Origin: an uncultured bacterium
Lineage (GTDB): Bacteria; Patescibacteriota; JACMRA01
Length of the DNA: 64,000 nt
Assembly (NCBI GenBank): GCA_963784355.1
Contig: CAWAQU010000003.1
Location: 96,001-160,000 of the forward strand
Reading direction: 5' to 3'
Below the pieces are notes generated by a model, which ran no database searches, had not been told where the DNA came from, and saw only the letters and a program-made list of their open reading frames with translations. The translations under genes were made by a program, and so were the position numbers. Below are positions 38,648 through 48,582 of the stretch, piece after piece. Position 1 is the stretch's first letter. Each line of letters opens with the position of its first letter.

Positions 38648-39391
38648 ATGTCTAACAAGAATCAACCAAACCAAACAATCGTAAAAGGGCCAAAAAGATC
38701 AAAAAAATATAGATCTAACGCAGAAAAAATTAATCAAGCCTTAGCAGGACAAACTTCTCTGAGTTTAGAAAAAGCTGTAGAGCTCTTATTTAGCCTTGAT
38801 CAACCAACTTTCAAGGAAGGTCCAATGGTAGAACTACATGTAAAATTGAATATTAACCCTACCAAAAGTGATCAATTAGTAAGAGGTAATATAGTATTAC
38901 CAAACGGACTTGGAAAGAAAATCAGAATTGCAGCTTTTGTAAATCCTGAAAATGTAGATAAAGCTAAAAGCCTTGGTGCAGATGTGGCAGGTTCTGATGA
39001 ATTAATTGAACAAATCAAAAATACAAGTGTTACTGATTTTGACATTGCTATTGCTGAACCGGAGATGATGAAAAAATTACCTTCAATTGCTAGAATTCTG
39101 GGTACAAGAGGTTTAATGCCTAACCCTAAATCCGGTACTGTTGGAGATAATTTAGAAGAGATTATTAACTTAATTAAAGCAGGTAAGGTTGATTACAAAA
39201 ATGATAAAGGAGGAAATGTACATATTCCTTGTGGTAAAATCAACAGTAGTTTCAGTGTAGAAAAAATTACTGAAAATGTAAAAGCTGCTTTGGAATCCGT
39301 AGAGAAAGTTAAACCTGATGTAATCAAGAAAAAATATATTGTATCAGCTCACCTTACAAGTACCTTGAGTCCTAGTATTAAGATTGTATAA
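38648..39391 (+). CDS. rplA: 50S ribosomal protein L1
   Basis: DQLVRG, LPNGLGK, LGTRGLMPNPKSGTV and DKGG motifs. Confidence 0.97.
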   Translation: MSNKNQPNQTIVKGPKRSKKYRSNAEKINQALAGQTSLSLEKAVELLFSLDQPTFKEGPMVELHVKLNINPTKSDQLVRGNIVLPNGLGKKIRIAAFVNPENVDKAKSLGADVAGSDELIEQIKNTSVTDFDIAIAEPEMMKKLPSIARILGTRGLMPNPKSGTVGDNLEEIINLIKAGKVDYKNDKGGNVHIPCGKINSSFSVEKITENVKAALESVEKVKPDVIKKKYIVSAHLTSTLSPSIKIV

Positions 39392-39503
39392 TCTTACTTA
39401 ACTTTAAAAATTTAATTATAAAACAGAGGGGCTTATGCCCCTTATAATTTTGACCTGTTGACTATAAAGATGAGTTATATAATTTTTTACTAAACGCTGT
39501 GCT

Positions 39504-40550
39504 ATGCAAATTATTATTAATGCCGGGGGTACCGGAACTAGACTGTGGCCCTACTCTACTAATGAGACACCAAAACAATTTGTACCTTTAATTGATGAAT
39601 ACAGTTTTCTTAGAAAAACCTACAATCGCCTAATATCAGCTTTTAAGCCTGAACAGATTTGGGTTAATACTAATATTAAATTTAAAAATTTAGTTGAAGA
39701 GTCTTTGCCTACTCATTTTGAAGCAAGTCATATTTTAACAGAACCGGTGAAAAGAGATAACTTTGCAGCAATCATCTCACATGCTGCCGTTGTAGCTCAC
39801 CACGTCGGTGTAGACGAGCCTTTGGTGTTTGTCCATGCAGATCATCTTATTTTAGAAAAAGATTGGCCAAAATTTAACCAGGCACTTAAAATAGCTGCCA
39901 ACACTTTATTGAATAAGGAATTCGAGATTGTTACTGCGGCCGTCAAACCAAAGTTTCCAAATACTCAACTAGGCTATATTGAAATTGATCCTAAAAACAC
40001 TAAAGAGTGTTACGAGCAGGCTGTGAAAGTAATGAGATTTAAAGAAAAACCTGATGTGGAAATGGCTGAAGAGTTTATCGCTTCAGGAAATTTTTTATGG
40101 AATCTCGGTTATTTTTCATTTACCTACAATACATTACTTGAAAATTTAAGAAAGTTTGATCCAAAAACTGTTGAAATTGTAGAAAAAATCAAACAGACCG
40201 GGCAGATAGATACAAATGACTACCTTCAATTACCAAAAATCGCTTTTGACTATGCAGTGGCTGAAAAAACTCCAAGCTTGGGCGTAATTGGTATTGATAT
40301 TGACTGGGAAGATATTGGTAACTGGGAAATTGCTGCAAAATTTTTACCTAAATTAGTTGAAAACAAAAATCAGATTGAAATTTCAGGTACAAATAATAAA
40401 GTTAAATTGACTAATCAAAAAAGGAAAGTAGCTTTCATAGGAGTTTCAAATTTAGTTTTAGTTGAATCTGCAGAAGGAATTTTGGTTATTGACCCTAAAT
40501 GTGCCGGTGATGTAAAAAAAGCTGCTGAATATTTCGAAAATTTAGAGTAG
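39504..40550 (+). CDS. manC: Mannose-1-phosphate guanylyltransferase
   Basis: AGGTGTRLWPYS, PKQF, ADH, FKEKP, FDYAVAEK and WEDIG motifs. Confidence 0.9.
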   Translation: MQIIINAGGTGTRLWPYSTNETPKQFVPLIDEYSFLRKTYNRLISAFKPEQIWVNTNIKFKNLVEESLPTHFEASHILTEPVKRDNFAAIISHAAVVAHHVGVDEPLVFVHADHLILEKDWPKFNQALKIAANTLLNKEFEIVTAAVKPKFPNTQLGYIEIDPKNTKECYEQAVKVMRFKEKPDVEMAEEFIASGNFLWNLGYFSFTYNTLLENLRKFDPKTVEIVEKIKQTGQIDTNDYLQLPKIAFDYAVAEKTPSLGVIGIDIDWEDIGNWEIAAKFLPKLVENKNQIEISGTNNKVKLTNQKRKVAFIGVSNLVLVESAEGILVIDPKCAGDVKKAAEYFENLE

Positions 40551-40593
40551 AGTCAATTTACTTAGGGAGCATTAACAAAATAACATATACGGC

Positions 40594-40692
40594 TTGTTTT
40601 ATCAGTAGTTAAAGCAACTATTGTTTGTAACGAGGTAAAAAAGTAAGTTTTTGTGAAAAGAAACCGCTCTGGTACCCTGGTTAAGCTCATTT
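40594..40692 (+). repeat. Dispersed intergenic repeat, copy C (diverged)
   Basis: Colinear with 8093-8193: TTGTTT.AT.AGTA..., TTG.AAC.GAG.TAAAA, GTAAGTTTTTGT and AGCTCATTT blocks. Confidence 0.65.
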
Positions 40693-40935
40693 TTGAACTA
40701 GATATTCTAAAAACGGAATCATATTTTCTTTGGATACATAAAAATTAATTCTATTAATTTACACCATCTCACACAGTGAGAAGAAATTTGTTGTGTACGT
40801 ATTCTTTTGTGTATTTTTATTGAATAGCTCCGAAATTAAATTTACAAAGCTAAAGCTCGAAAAACTACTTTTGACATAGTGCAAAAAATTGCTGATAATT
40901 GTTAGAATTTGCAATTTTAATGCAATTTACAGCGC

Positions 40936-42696
40936 ATGTTAAAAAAGAGTCCTCTGCTTTATTTCGGTATTTTAATAGTTTGGACCGTGTTTTTAATCAC
41001 CTTTTACCCTGATCTAAGCCAAGTAGTAAGAGATTCCTGGGATTTTAAAACTGATAAATTATCGCTAACTTTACTGAGAGCTAGCAGTATTTTAGCAGTA
41101 AGTCTAATAAGTTATTTTTGGCTGAATGGCTTAAAAGATATATTTTATACATTTGTTTACTGGTTTAGTGATAAAACAAAACTTAATTATAAGCCGTCTG
41201 CTTTAGGTTCAGTTTATCAAGATTTACCTCGAGTAGACCTAATTTATACTGTTTGTGACGATTTTGATGAATTTAGTTTATGGCAATCCATGCAACAAGA
41301 GTATCCAAGTCAGTTACTTACCTACTATATTTTGGATGACTCTAAAACTAAAAAATCAAGGGAAATAATTGATGAATTTGCACTCAAGCATAGTTTAAGA
41401 GTTATCAGAAGATTTTCAAGCAAAGGCTTTAAGGCCGGAAATATAAACTTTTGGCTAAAAAATAATCATAATCTAGCTCCTTTTTTTGTAATTCTAGATA
41501 GCGACGAGATTATTCCGCCTTCATTTATAAAAGGAATTTTACCTTATTTTGAGGATTCCCACATAGCAATTGCCCAAGCTAATCATATTGCTACTAGATC
41601 TGATACAATTTTTGCTAAACTATTTGCCGCCGGAGTTGATAGTCACTGGCCTACCTACCAATCAATTAAAAATCGTTACGGTTTTATGTCTTTGCTGGGG
41701 CATGGAGCGATGCTTAGGACTGCTGCAGTACAAAATGTAGGTGGTTTTCCGGAGATTGTAGCTGAAGATCTTGGTTTGGCTATTAATTTAGCAAAAATAG
41801 GGCAGAGAGTGGTTTTTGTGCCTGAAGTAGTTTGTCAGGAAACTTATCCGATTGATTACTTTGCTTTTAAAAAACGCCATACAAAGTGGACTATGGGTAA
41901 TATGGAATTTATTAAAAAATTTAGCTCTTTATTTTTATTGAAAAAGTTAACTTGGTTTGAAAAACTGGATATACTGCTATTTACCTACAATTTACCACTA
42001 ACAGTACTATTTATTACTTTCCTGCTGATTCATTTAATTATTTTCCCGATTTTAGGTTTTATCCCAAGATACGTAGATATTCTATTATTACCAACTGTAT
42101 TGACTTTACTTGCCCCGCTACTTAATGATTTAATTTATTTTTTTAGAAAAATTGATCCTCTTGGCTACTTACGGTATTTTTTAGGAAGTATAGCTCTTTA
42201 TGGAAGTTTGTATTTTATTTCTTTTTGGGCAGCTCTAAAAGCTTTATTTGGGCAGGCAGTATTTTTAGTAACTCCAAAAGTGGCGAGTGAAATTGGAATA
42301 GCTCAATCTTTTTGGAAAAATCGGTCAGAAATTATTTTTGCTACAGTTTTATTTAGTATTTCTTACATGATAGATCAGCCTTGGTCGGTAATTTTAATTG
42401 TCATACCTTCGTATTTATCTTTATTCTTAGGGCTTCTTAGTAATTTATACATCAAACCCAATAGATATAAGTATTTTACGGGAGCACTTGGCTTAACAAT
42501 GATTATAGTAGGAATTTTACTAAGTTTCTCTATACCAAGTATCAGCAAAACTACAGGTCAGGTAGCGGGAGTGAGTGAAAAGAGGGATACAAATACAGAC
42601 TTTAAACAATTACAAACTACTATCTCTAAGCCCGAAAATATCGATAAGGGAGTTAAGTGTTTACAAAATGCGGAGTTAGTAAAATGCTTTAGGTAA
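40936..42696 (+). CDS. Processive GT2 glycosyltransferase (cellulose/glucan synthase-like)
   Basis: DDS, GFKAGN, DSD, AED and RHTKW motifs; multiple TMs. Confidence 0.87.
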   Translation: MLKKSPLLYFGILIVWTVFLITFYPDLSQVVRDSWDFKTDKLSLTLLRASSILAVSLISYFWLNGLKDIFYTFVYWFSDKTKLNYKPSALGSVYQDLPRVDLIYTVCDDFDEFSLWQSMQQEYPSQLLTYYILDDSKTKKSREIIDEFALKHSLRVIRRFSSKGFKAGNINFWLKNNHNLAPFFVILDSDEIIPPSFIKGILPYFEDSHIAIAQANHIATRSDTIFAKLFAAGVDSHWPTYQSIKNRYGFMSLLGHGAMLRTAAVQNVGGFPEIVAEDLGLAINLAKIGQRVVFVPEVVCQETYPIDYFAFKKRHTKWTMGNMEFIKKFSSLFLLKKLTWFEKLDILLFTYNLPLTVLFITFLLIHLIIFPILGFIPRYVDILLLPTVLTLLAPLLNDLIYFFRKIDPLGYLRYFLGSIALYGSLYFISFWAALKALFGQAVFLVTPKVASEIGIAQSFWKNRSEIIFATVLFSISYMIDQPWSVILIVIPSYLSLFLGLLSNLYIKPNRYKYFTGALGLTMIIVGILLSFSIPSISKTTGQVAGVSEKRDTNTDFKQLQTTISKPENIDKGVKCLQNAELVKCFR

Positions 42697-42786
42697 AGCA
42701 GCTAAACATTTAGCGCATTAAATACTAATCATTTTACAAAATGAAATATTGACAACAATACTAATATATTGGCTTCCTTATCTTAT

Positions 42787-43707
42787 ATGCATGCTCTAAA
42801 GATTGAAAATTTATCCAAAAAATATTCCAATGGAGTACAAGCTTTAAAAAATGTCAATTTAGAAATCAACCAAGGAGATTTTTTTGCTCTTTTGGGTGCA
42901 AATGGAGCGGGCAAAACCACTATTATAGGTATCACAACTGGCTTAGTAAACAAAACACAAGGTAAAGTGGAAGTTTTTAATACAGACATTGATACATATG
43001 CTACTGAAGCAAAAAAGTTGGTTGGTGTGGTTCCCCAAGAATTTAATTTTAGCATCTTTGAGAAAGTTATTGATATTGTTGTTTGGCAAGCAGGCTACTA
43101 TGGTATCCCCAGAGCAGAAGCCATTCCTAGAGCAGAAGCACTTTTAGACCAATTAGGATTGGGCAACAAAAAATATGTTACGGCAAATACTTTATCTGGG
43201 GGGATGAAAAGAAGACTCATGATTGCTAGAGGCTTAATTCACAAGCCAAAATTATTAATTTTAGATGAACCTACAGCAGGTGTAGATGTAGAACTTAGAA
43301 TTGGAATGTGGGAATTTTTGAAAAAGCTAAATCAAGAAGAGGGTGTCACTATACTTTTAACGACACATTACTTGGAAGAAGTGGAACAACTCTGTAGTAA
43401 TGCAGCAATCATTAAAGACGGCGAAATTGTAAGAAAAGATACAGTAAAAAATCTACTAAACTCTTTAAATGAAGAACGCTATTTGATAGATGTGGAGGGA
43501 GATTTGAGTAAAATAAAGTCTGAGAAGTTTAAATTTGAGATTACAGACAATAATGCAGTTGAATTAATTGTAGTTAAGGGTCAGGATATAAATGATTTTA
43601 CCACTGAATTGAGCCTAGCTAAAGTAAAAATGGTCGGAATTAGACCTAAAGGTAACAGACTAGAGGAATTATTTTTAAATATTTTGAAAGACACAGAAAA
43701 CAAATAA
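42787..43707 (+). CDS. ABC-2 transporter ATP-binding protein (YadG-like)
   Basis: GANGAGKTT, LSGGMKRR and LDEPTAGVD motifs. Confidence 0.95.
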   Translation: MHALKIENLSKKYSNGVQALKNVNLEINQGDFFALLGANGAGKTTIIGITTGLVNKTQGKVEVFNTDIDTYATEAKKLVGVVPQEFNFSIFEKVIDIVVWQAGYYGIPRAEAIPRAEALLDQLGLGNKKYVTANTLSGGMKRRLMIARGLIHKPKLLILDEPTAGVDVELRIGMWEFLKKLNQEEGVTILLTTHYLEEVEQLCSNAAIIKDGEIVRKDTVKNLLNSLNEERYLIDVEGDLSKIKSEKFKFEITDNNAVELIVVKGQDINDFTTELSLAKVKMVGIRPKGNRLEELFLNILKDTENK

Positions 43708-43708
43708 T

Positions 43709-44482
43709 ATGTTTGCGAATTTATATTTAATGGCCCTAATAACAATTTTTAGAAAAGAAGTAGTCAGAATTTTGCGTATTTGGACACAAACGTTACTCCC
43801 TTCAGTAATTACTACAGTTTTGTATTTTCTAATTTTCGGTAAATTTATAGGGTCCCGTGTGGGTGAAATGAATGGCGTAAGCTATGTAGCTTTCATAGTC
43901 CCTGGACTTGTAATGATGGCAATTATCACAAATTCGTTTACTAACGTAGCTGGATCATTTTTTGGCGCAAAATTTCAAAAGAGTATTGAAGAAATACTTG
44001 TAGCGCCTGTTCCCAATTGGGTTATTGTAGCTGGGTATGTGCTTAGTGGTATGTTTAGAGGGTTTATTGTTGGTTTGATTGTATTAGTAATATCTCTGTT
44101 TTTTACAAATCTGAAAGTACACAATTTAGGCCTAGTAATTATATTTACTATTCTTACTTCTGCAGTATTTTCACTTGCCGGACTTACAAATGGAATGTTT
44201 GCGAAAAAATTTGATCACGTAATGATTGTACCAACCTTTGTGATTACTCCACTTACCTACCTAGGAGGAGTTTTTTATTCTATTTCAAGCTTACCTCCAT
44301 TTTGGCAGAATGTCTCCAAATTGAACCCTGTACTGTATATGGTAGACGGCTTTAGATATGGTTTTTTTGGTGTAGAAGATATAAATATTTGGATAAGTCT
44401 AACTATACTTATTGTTTTAACTGTTGGCTTAACAATCATTAATCTAAATTTCCTAAACAAAGGAACTGGCCTGAAAGCATAA
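43709..44482 (+). CDS. ABC-2 transporter permease (YadH-like)
   Basis: RIWTQTL, PGLVMM, TPLTYLGGVFYS and GTGLK motifs. Confidence 0.93.
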   Translation: MFANLYLMALITIFRKEVVRILRIWTQTLLPSVITTVLYFLIFGKFIGSRVGEMNGVSYVAFIVPGLVMMAIITNSFTNVAGSFFGAKFQKSIEEILVAPVPNWVIVAGYVLSGMFRGFIVGLIVLVISLFFTNLKVHNLGLVIIFTILTSAVFSLAGLTNGMFAKKFDHVMIVPTFVITPLTYLGGVFYSISSLPPFWQNVSKLNPVLYMVDGFRYGFFGVEDINIWISLTILIVLTVGLTIINLNFLNKGTGLKA

Positions 44483-44522
44483 TCTACACAATTTGTAACT
44501 ACAAAAATATTTTTTCTAAATC

Positions 44523-44545
44523 AAAAACCGCCCTTAGAGGCGGCC
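44523..44545 (-). terminator. Terminator of the KGG-repeat gene
   Basis: GGCCGCC-TCTAAG-GGCGGTT followed by TTT. Confidence 0.72.
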
Positions 44546-44577
44546 TGATATTGTTGCAACTATATAATTTTCTCTAA

Positions 44578-44763
44578 TTACTTCGATTTCCCCCCTTTAT
44601 GTCCAATTGCTGAATATGACGGTGCTTCACCCCTTTCTGCAGCTCTTTTTCTGGCCTCACCACCTTTTTTGGCAATTTCATATCTTTTTTGGGGACTCAT
44701 GGAAGCAAATCCCTTACGTTTATTACCATTTGTTTCTTCATCATCTTCCTCTTCACCATTCAT
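44578..44763 (-). CDS. KGG-repeat stress-induced protein; start may extend to 44871
   Basis: KGFASM..EIAKKGG..IGHKGG motif. Confidence 0.82.
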   Translation of the reverse strand: MNGEEEDDEETNGNKRKGFASMSPQKRYEIAKKGGEARKRAAERGEAPSYSAIGHKGGKSK

Positions 44764-44992
44764 ATTTGCACTTTTTTGGCCCTGTTTTGCTTTGCCATTA
44801 ACCGCTTTAGAAGAGAATAATATATGTCGCTTTGTGTATGTTGAAAATTCTATTGCGTTAAAAATACTCATACGCAAGTCTGTTAAATTTGAAATACTTC
44901 TTGCGAGAAGTGTACTAATTGTAAAGGTACACCATAGAGTTTGTCAACGTTTTTTTAGTTAAGGCCTACTTAAGGTAGAATTTTATAGCTGC

Positions 44993-45613
44993 CTAATTAC
45001 TTAGGTTATCCAGCACCTCTCTAACCTGATTAACCCCTGAAACACAGTATGTAGTACCGCCTAGATTTGAGAAAGCATTGCATGTTCTAGAAGAATCATC
45101 TATTAATATACAGTCTTTGATGTCTACACCCAATTCTGAACATTTTTCTAAAAAATACTTACCATTTTCGGTTGTTTTAAGCATTTTTATGTCATAAGAA
45201 TTGTTTATCTCATCAAATACCTCTGTTAAAAGTGGATTATTTGGTAAGGTAAATCGGTTAAATGAATCCATATTTCCTGTAGCCAATATGCAATAAAACT
45301 TACTTTTCAGCTCCTTAATTATCTTAAGTAGTTCTACAGAAATATCCAAATCCTCACATTCTTGTTGAAAAGTTTCAAAAGCTTCAGTAAAAGGAATACC
45401 GGTTTCTTTGCTTATTAATTCATGTATTTCTTCAGAAGTATATTTACCAATCATCCAATCATCAAATATTTCCCTGTTCTCAACAAACAAAAAATTGGTT
45501 ATTTTACTATGAAAAGGGTTTAATTTGTGTTCGGGATCGCTAAAGGTAGACCAAAACTTATTATAGGACAACACACCATTAAAGTCACAAAATAGAATTG
45601 GTTTGGAATACAT
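44993..45613 (-). CDS. HAD superfamily hydrolase
   Basis: DFNGVL, ATGN, conserved K and IDDS motifs; start placed at MYSKP. Confidence 0.8.
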   Translation of the reverse strand: MYSKPILFCDFNGVLSYNKFWSTFSDPEHKLNPFHSKITNFLFVENREIFDDWMIGKYTSEEIHELISKETGIPFTEAFETFQQECEDLDISVELLKIIKELKSKFYCILATGNMDSFNRFTLPNNPLLTEVFDEINNSYDIKMLKTTENGKYFLEKCSELGVDIKDCILIDDSSRTCNAFSNLGGTTYCVSGVNQVREVLDNLSN

Positions 45614-45760
45614 AATGTTTTTATTATAAAGCAATAAACTGGATTTTGACAAATCAACTGATTTCGCTTGCCCATTACCAATTAGCAGCTTCCTACAGGG
45701 AATCTCTTGTCAATGTGCAGAATCATTGGTATAATTAAATATAATACAAACAAAAAAAAT

Positions 45761-46106
45761 ATGTCAGCATCAGAAACAAACACAGCAACAGCCAAAACAA
45801 CCACTAGTGCTAAATCTCTACTTAAAAAACTAGTATTACCGCTATTTATTTTATCACTTCTTGGTAATAATTGTTTTAGGCAGTATCATAAGCTTAGTAT
45901 TATTTACAAATATTCTTGACTATACAGCTCTAAATTTAACATTACCTAGATTCTGCGAGCAATTGGAAAATAATAAAGATATTAAAGCTGGATTTCCGAA
46001 GCTTAATATTTGTACTATCAATACTTATTGTGAAACTGTACAAAAGGATACATCCGAGGCAGCTAAAGAATTATATAATGAAAACTGTGTAGCTAACGAG
46101 AAATAA
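45761..46106 (+). pseudogene. Frameshifted small membrane protein gene
   Basis: MSASET...LPLFILSL continues as LVIIVLGSIISLVLF... in the +1 frame near 45860. Confidence 0.55.
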
Positions 46107-46172
46107 CAATAATGCAAAAAAGAGGACAACATCAACAATTCCTTAATAACTTATATATCAATTTCCCCAAAC

Positions 46173-46195
46173 AAAAAACCGGCTTTATGCCGGCT
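46173..46195 (-). terminator. Terminator of the ribosomal protein operon
   Basis: AGCCGGC-ATAAA-GCCGGTT followed by TTTT. Confidence 0.78.
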
Positions 46196-46219
46196 AAATT
46201 ATAGGTTGTGTAACTAAAA

Positions 46220-46624
46220 TTAATTGATTACAAAATCAGACAAATCTTCGTCTATAGTTGGAATTTCAGCTTTACTAGTTGATTCGGTAGAGCTAGGAGC
46301 TGATGGCATTGTATCTGTATCATCGTTATCATCCCTTAGCTTTTTATCTGCACTATAGCGTATAGTACCGTCAGGCTCCAAGAAATTTAATCTTAAATTC
46401 ATTTTATTAGCCTTACCAACAGCACGCATAAGAGTCCTAATAGCTGTTGACATGCTACCACTTCTACCAATTATAATTCCCATATCTTTGCTATTTACCA
46501 TTACGGACAAAAGCACTCCTTGTTCATCTAGCTCTCTCTCTATTTTAATATCATCGGGTTCGGTAACTAAGTTAACCAAAATATTATGCAAAATTTGTAC
46601 GTCAATACTATCAGACATGGTCAT
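46220..46624 (-). CDS. khpA: KH-domain RNA-binding protein KhpA with acidic tail
   Basis: DMGxIIGRSG..AIRTL motif; follows rpsP. Confidence 0.88.
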   Translation of the reverse strand: MTMSDSIDVQILHNILVNLVTEPDDIKIERELDEQGVLLSVMVNSKDMGIIIGRSGSMSTAIRTLMRAVGKANKMNLRLNFLEPDGTIRYSADKKLRDDNDDTDTMPSAPSSTESTSKAEIPTIDEDLSDFVIN

Positions 46625-46646
46625 AATAACTAAAAAATATTATAAA

Positions 46647-46880
46647 TTATATTAAATTTTGCTTTTTAAATAAGCTTTTTACTGAATCAGATATTTCTAT
46701 ATTTAAAGTAACATAATACTTTACTCTCTCTGCATTTAATATAGCTTCCTTAGTATATGGATTGTACCAACCTAAGCTTTCATGAAATTTCTTTGTTGGG
46801 TGGGATTTTTTATCTGCAACCACAACACGGTATGATTTACGGTGTTTTCTACCTAAAGGTTTAAATCTAATTACTAACAT
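46647..46880 (-). CDS. rpsP: 30S ribosomal protein S16
   Basis: MLVIR..GRK..YRVVVAD..ESLGWYNP motif. Confidence 0.95.
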   Translation of the reverse strand: MLVIRFKPLGRKHRKSYRVVVADKKSHPTKKFHESLGWYNPYTKEAILNAERVKYYVTLNIEISDSVKSLFKKQNLI

Positions 46881-46903
46881 AATATAACAAACTATTCTAT
46901 TTT

Positions 46904-47536
46904 TTAAGCTACTCTTCTTGAATAATACTCAACAACTGCACCGATCTTGAAATCTGTAGGTAAATCTGTCTCTAGAGGTAGATTCAATACTTTAATCTCA
47001 AGTTTTTTAGAGTTATCAAGCCAAGACGGAACATCATTAGGAATTAACAATTGGAAGTTAGTCCAGAAAGGACTTTTCATTTTATTGGCTTTAATAGTGA
47101 TAACTTCACCTACAGAAACAGTATATGAAGGAATGTCTACTCTTTTACCATTGATTGCAAAATGGCCGTGAGCAACTAATTGTCTAGCTTGAGAGCGTGA
47201 ATTAGCAAGTCCTCCTCTATAAATTACATTATCCAACCTACGTTCTAGTAAAGCTAAGGCGATTTTACCTGTATCACCTGTTTGCTTGAAAGATTTTTTA
47301 AACAAATTAATCAATGGTTTTTCCATCAATCCATAAGTAAATCTGACTGCTTGTTTTTCTAAAAGTTGCTTACCGTACTCAGAAACTTTACCTGGTCTAT
47401 TTCTTCCATGTTCCCCTGCTTTATAAGGTTTTTTTGTAAAATCATCTTTTGCAGAATAACTGCGAGGACCTTTTAGATACAAATTTTTACCTACTCTCTT
47501 GGATAATTTAGTTTTACTGCCTGTATATCTTGCCAT
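46904..47536 (-). CDS. rpsD: 30S ribosomal protein S4
   Basis: [22 protein letters not shown] and VEYYSR motifs. Confidence 0.98.
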   Translation of the reverse strand: MARYTGSKTKLSKRVGKNLYLKGPRSYSAKDDFTKKPYKAGEHGRNRPGKVSEYGKQLLEKQAVRFTYGLMEKPLINLFKKSFKQTGDTGKIALALLERRLDNVIYRGGLANSRSQARQLVAHGHFAINGKRVDIPSYTVSVGEVITIKANKMKSPFWTNFQLLIPNDVPSWLDNSKKLEIKVLNLPLETDLPTDFKIGAVVEYYSRRVA

Positions 47537-47562
47537 ATTCTAATAAAATATTATTTCAATTA

Positions 47563-47964
47563 TTACACTCTTCTTCTCTTTTTAGCTCTGGTACCTCCAA
47601 ATGGAAATCCTGTTACATCTTTGATAGATTCAATTTGTAAGTCAGTTGATTGAATAGTTCTCAAAAATGAATCTCTACCCATACCTGCACCACGTATAAC
47701 TAAGTGAACTGTACTTGCTTCTACTTGTCTTACTCTATCCAATACTTCTTCAGTAGCTCTTTGTGCTGCAAAAGGAGTCGATTTCTTTGAACCTTTAAAT
47801 CCTACTTTACCACTACTTGTCCAAGCCAGTACTTTACCTTGTAAATCTGTTAAGGTAATAATACTGTTGTTAAATTCAGCTCGGAGAAAAATTCTTACAA
47901 TAGGATACTTTTGCTTGATTTTTACTTTCTTATTGGTCTTTAATTTAGTTGTATTCTTTGCCAT
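47563..47964 (-). CDS. rpsK: 30S ribosomal protein S11
   Basis: FNNSIIT, GFKGSKKSTPFAAQ and KKRRRV motifs. Confidence 0.97.
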   Translation of the reverse strand: MAKNTTKLKTNKKVKIKQKYPIVRIFLRAEFNNSIITLTDLQGKVLAWTSSGKVGFKGSKKSTPFAAQRATEEVLDRVRQVEASTVHLVIRGAGMGRDSFLRTIQSTDLQIESIKDVTGFPFGGTRAKKRRRV

Positions 47965-47985
47965 AATATTTTAATAGATAATATA

Positions 47986-48381
47986 CTAGGTTTTAGCAGC
48001 AGATTTAGCTCTTCCGCTACCTCCTGTCTTTCTTGCATTTCCTCTTCTAGTTCTTGAGTTAGTTCTAGTAGTCTGACCTCTTACAGGTAAGTTTAACTTA
48101 TGTTTTAAGCCTCTCCAAGTGCTTAGATCGACCAATCTCTTGATATCAGACATTGTCTTTCTTCTTAGATCAGCTTCAATAAGGTAGCCAGTTTCAATGT
48201 GATTTCTCAAGTCAATAATTTGCTGTTCATCAAGATCACCTAAAGAACTTGTAGGATCAATGTTAAAATGCTTTAAAACAACTTTCACATTTGTCTTACC
48301 AATACCTTTAATAGGAGTAAGAGCAAATTTGATCTGCTTTTTAGGATTTAAAGTTACACCTGCAATACGTATCATAAACAA
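47986..48381 (-). CDS. rpsM: 30S ribosomal protein S13; start may be 48375
   Basis: RIAGV, GIG and LPVRGQTTRTNSRTR motifs. Confidence 0.97.
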   Translation of the reverse strand: MFMIRIAGVTLNPKKQIKFALTPIKGIGKTNVKVVLKHFNIDPTSSLGDLDEQQIIDLRNHIETGYLIEADLRRKTMSDIKRLVDLSTWRGLKHKLNLPVRGQTTRTNSRTRRGNARKTGGSGRAKSAAKT

Positions 48382-48384
48382 TTA

Positions 48385-48573
48385 TTAATATTTCATTTTC
48401 TTTTTTTTCTTGAGAGGGATTGGTTGTCTTGCATTTATTTTGTTACCTAGAGTAGCATCATCAAAAGCGTAAAATCTCAATATACCTTTTCTTCTAGTAA
48501 AATAACCTTGAGCCATTCTACCTCTTCTGGACAACTTATTACCTCTACCTTTTAAAGATACTAGTACTTTCAT
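48385..48573 (-). CDS. rpmJ: Divergent, extended 50S ribosomal protein L36
   Basis: Position between infA and rpsM; MKVxxSLK...RRKG..ARQ pattern. Confidence 0.72.
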   Translation of the reverse strand: MKVLVSLKGRGNKLSRRGRMAQGYFTRRKGILRFYAFDDATLGNKINARQPIPLKKKKKMKY

Positions 48574-48582
48574 AATATTATA

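Noticed and set aside
40822-40867. Possible further inverted copy of the dispersed repeat
   Set aside because: Only short AT-rich blocks match, which cannot be distinguished from chance by eye.
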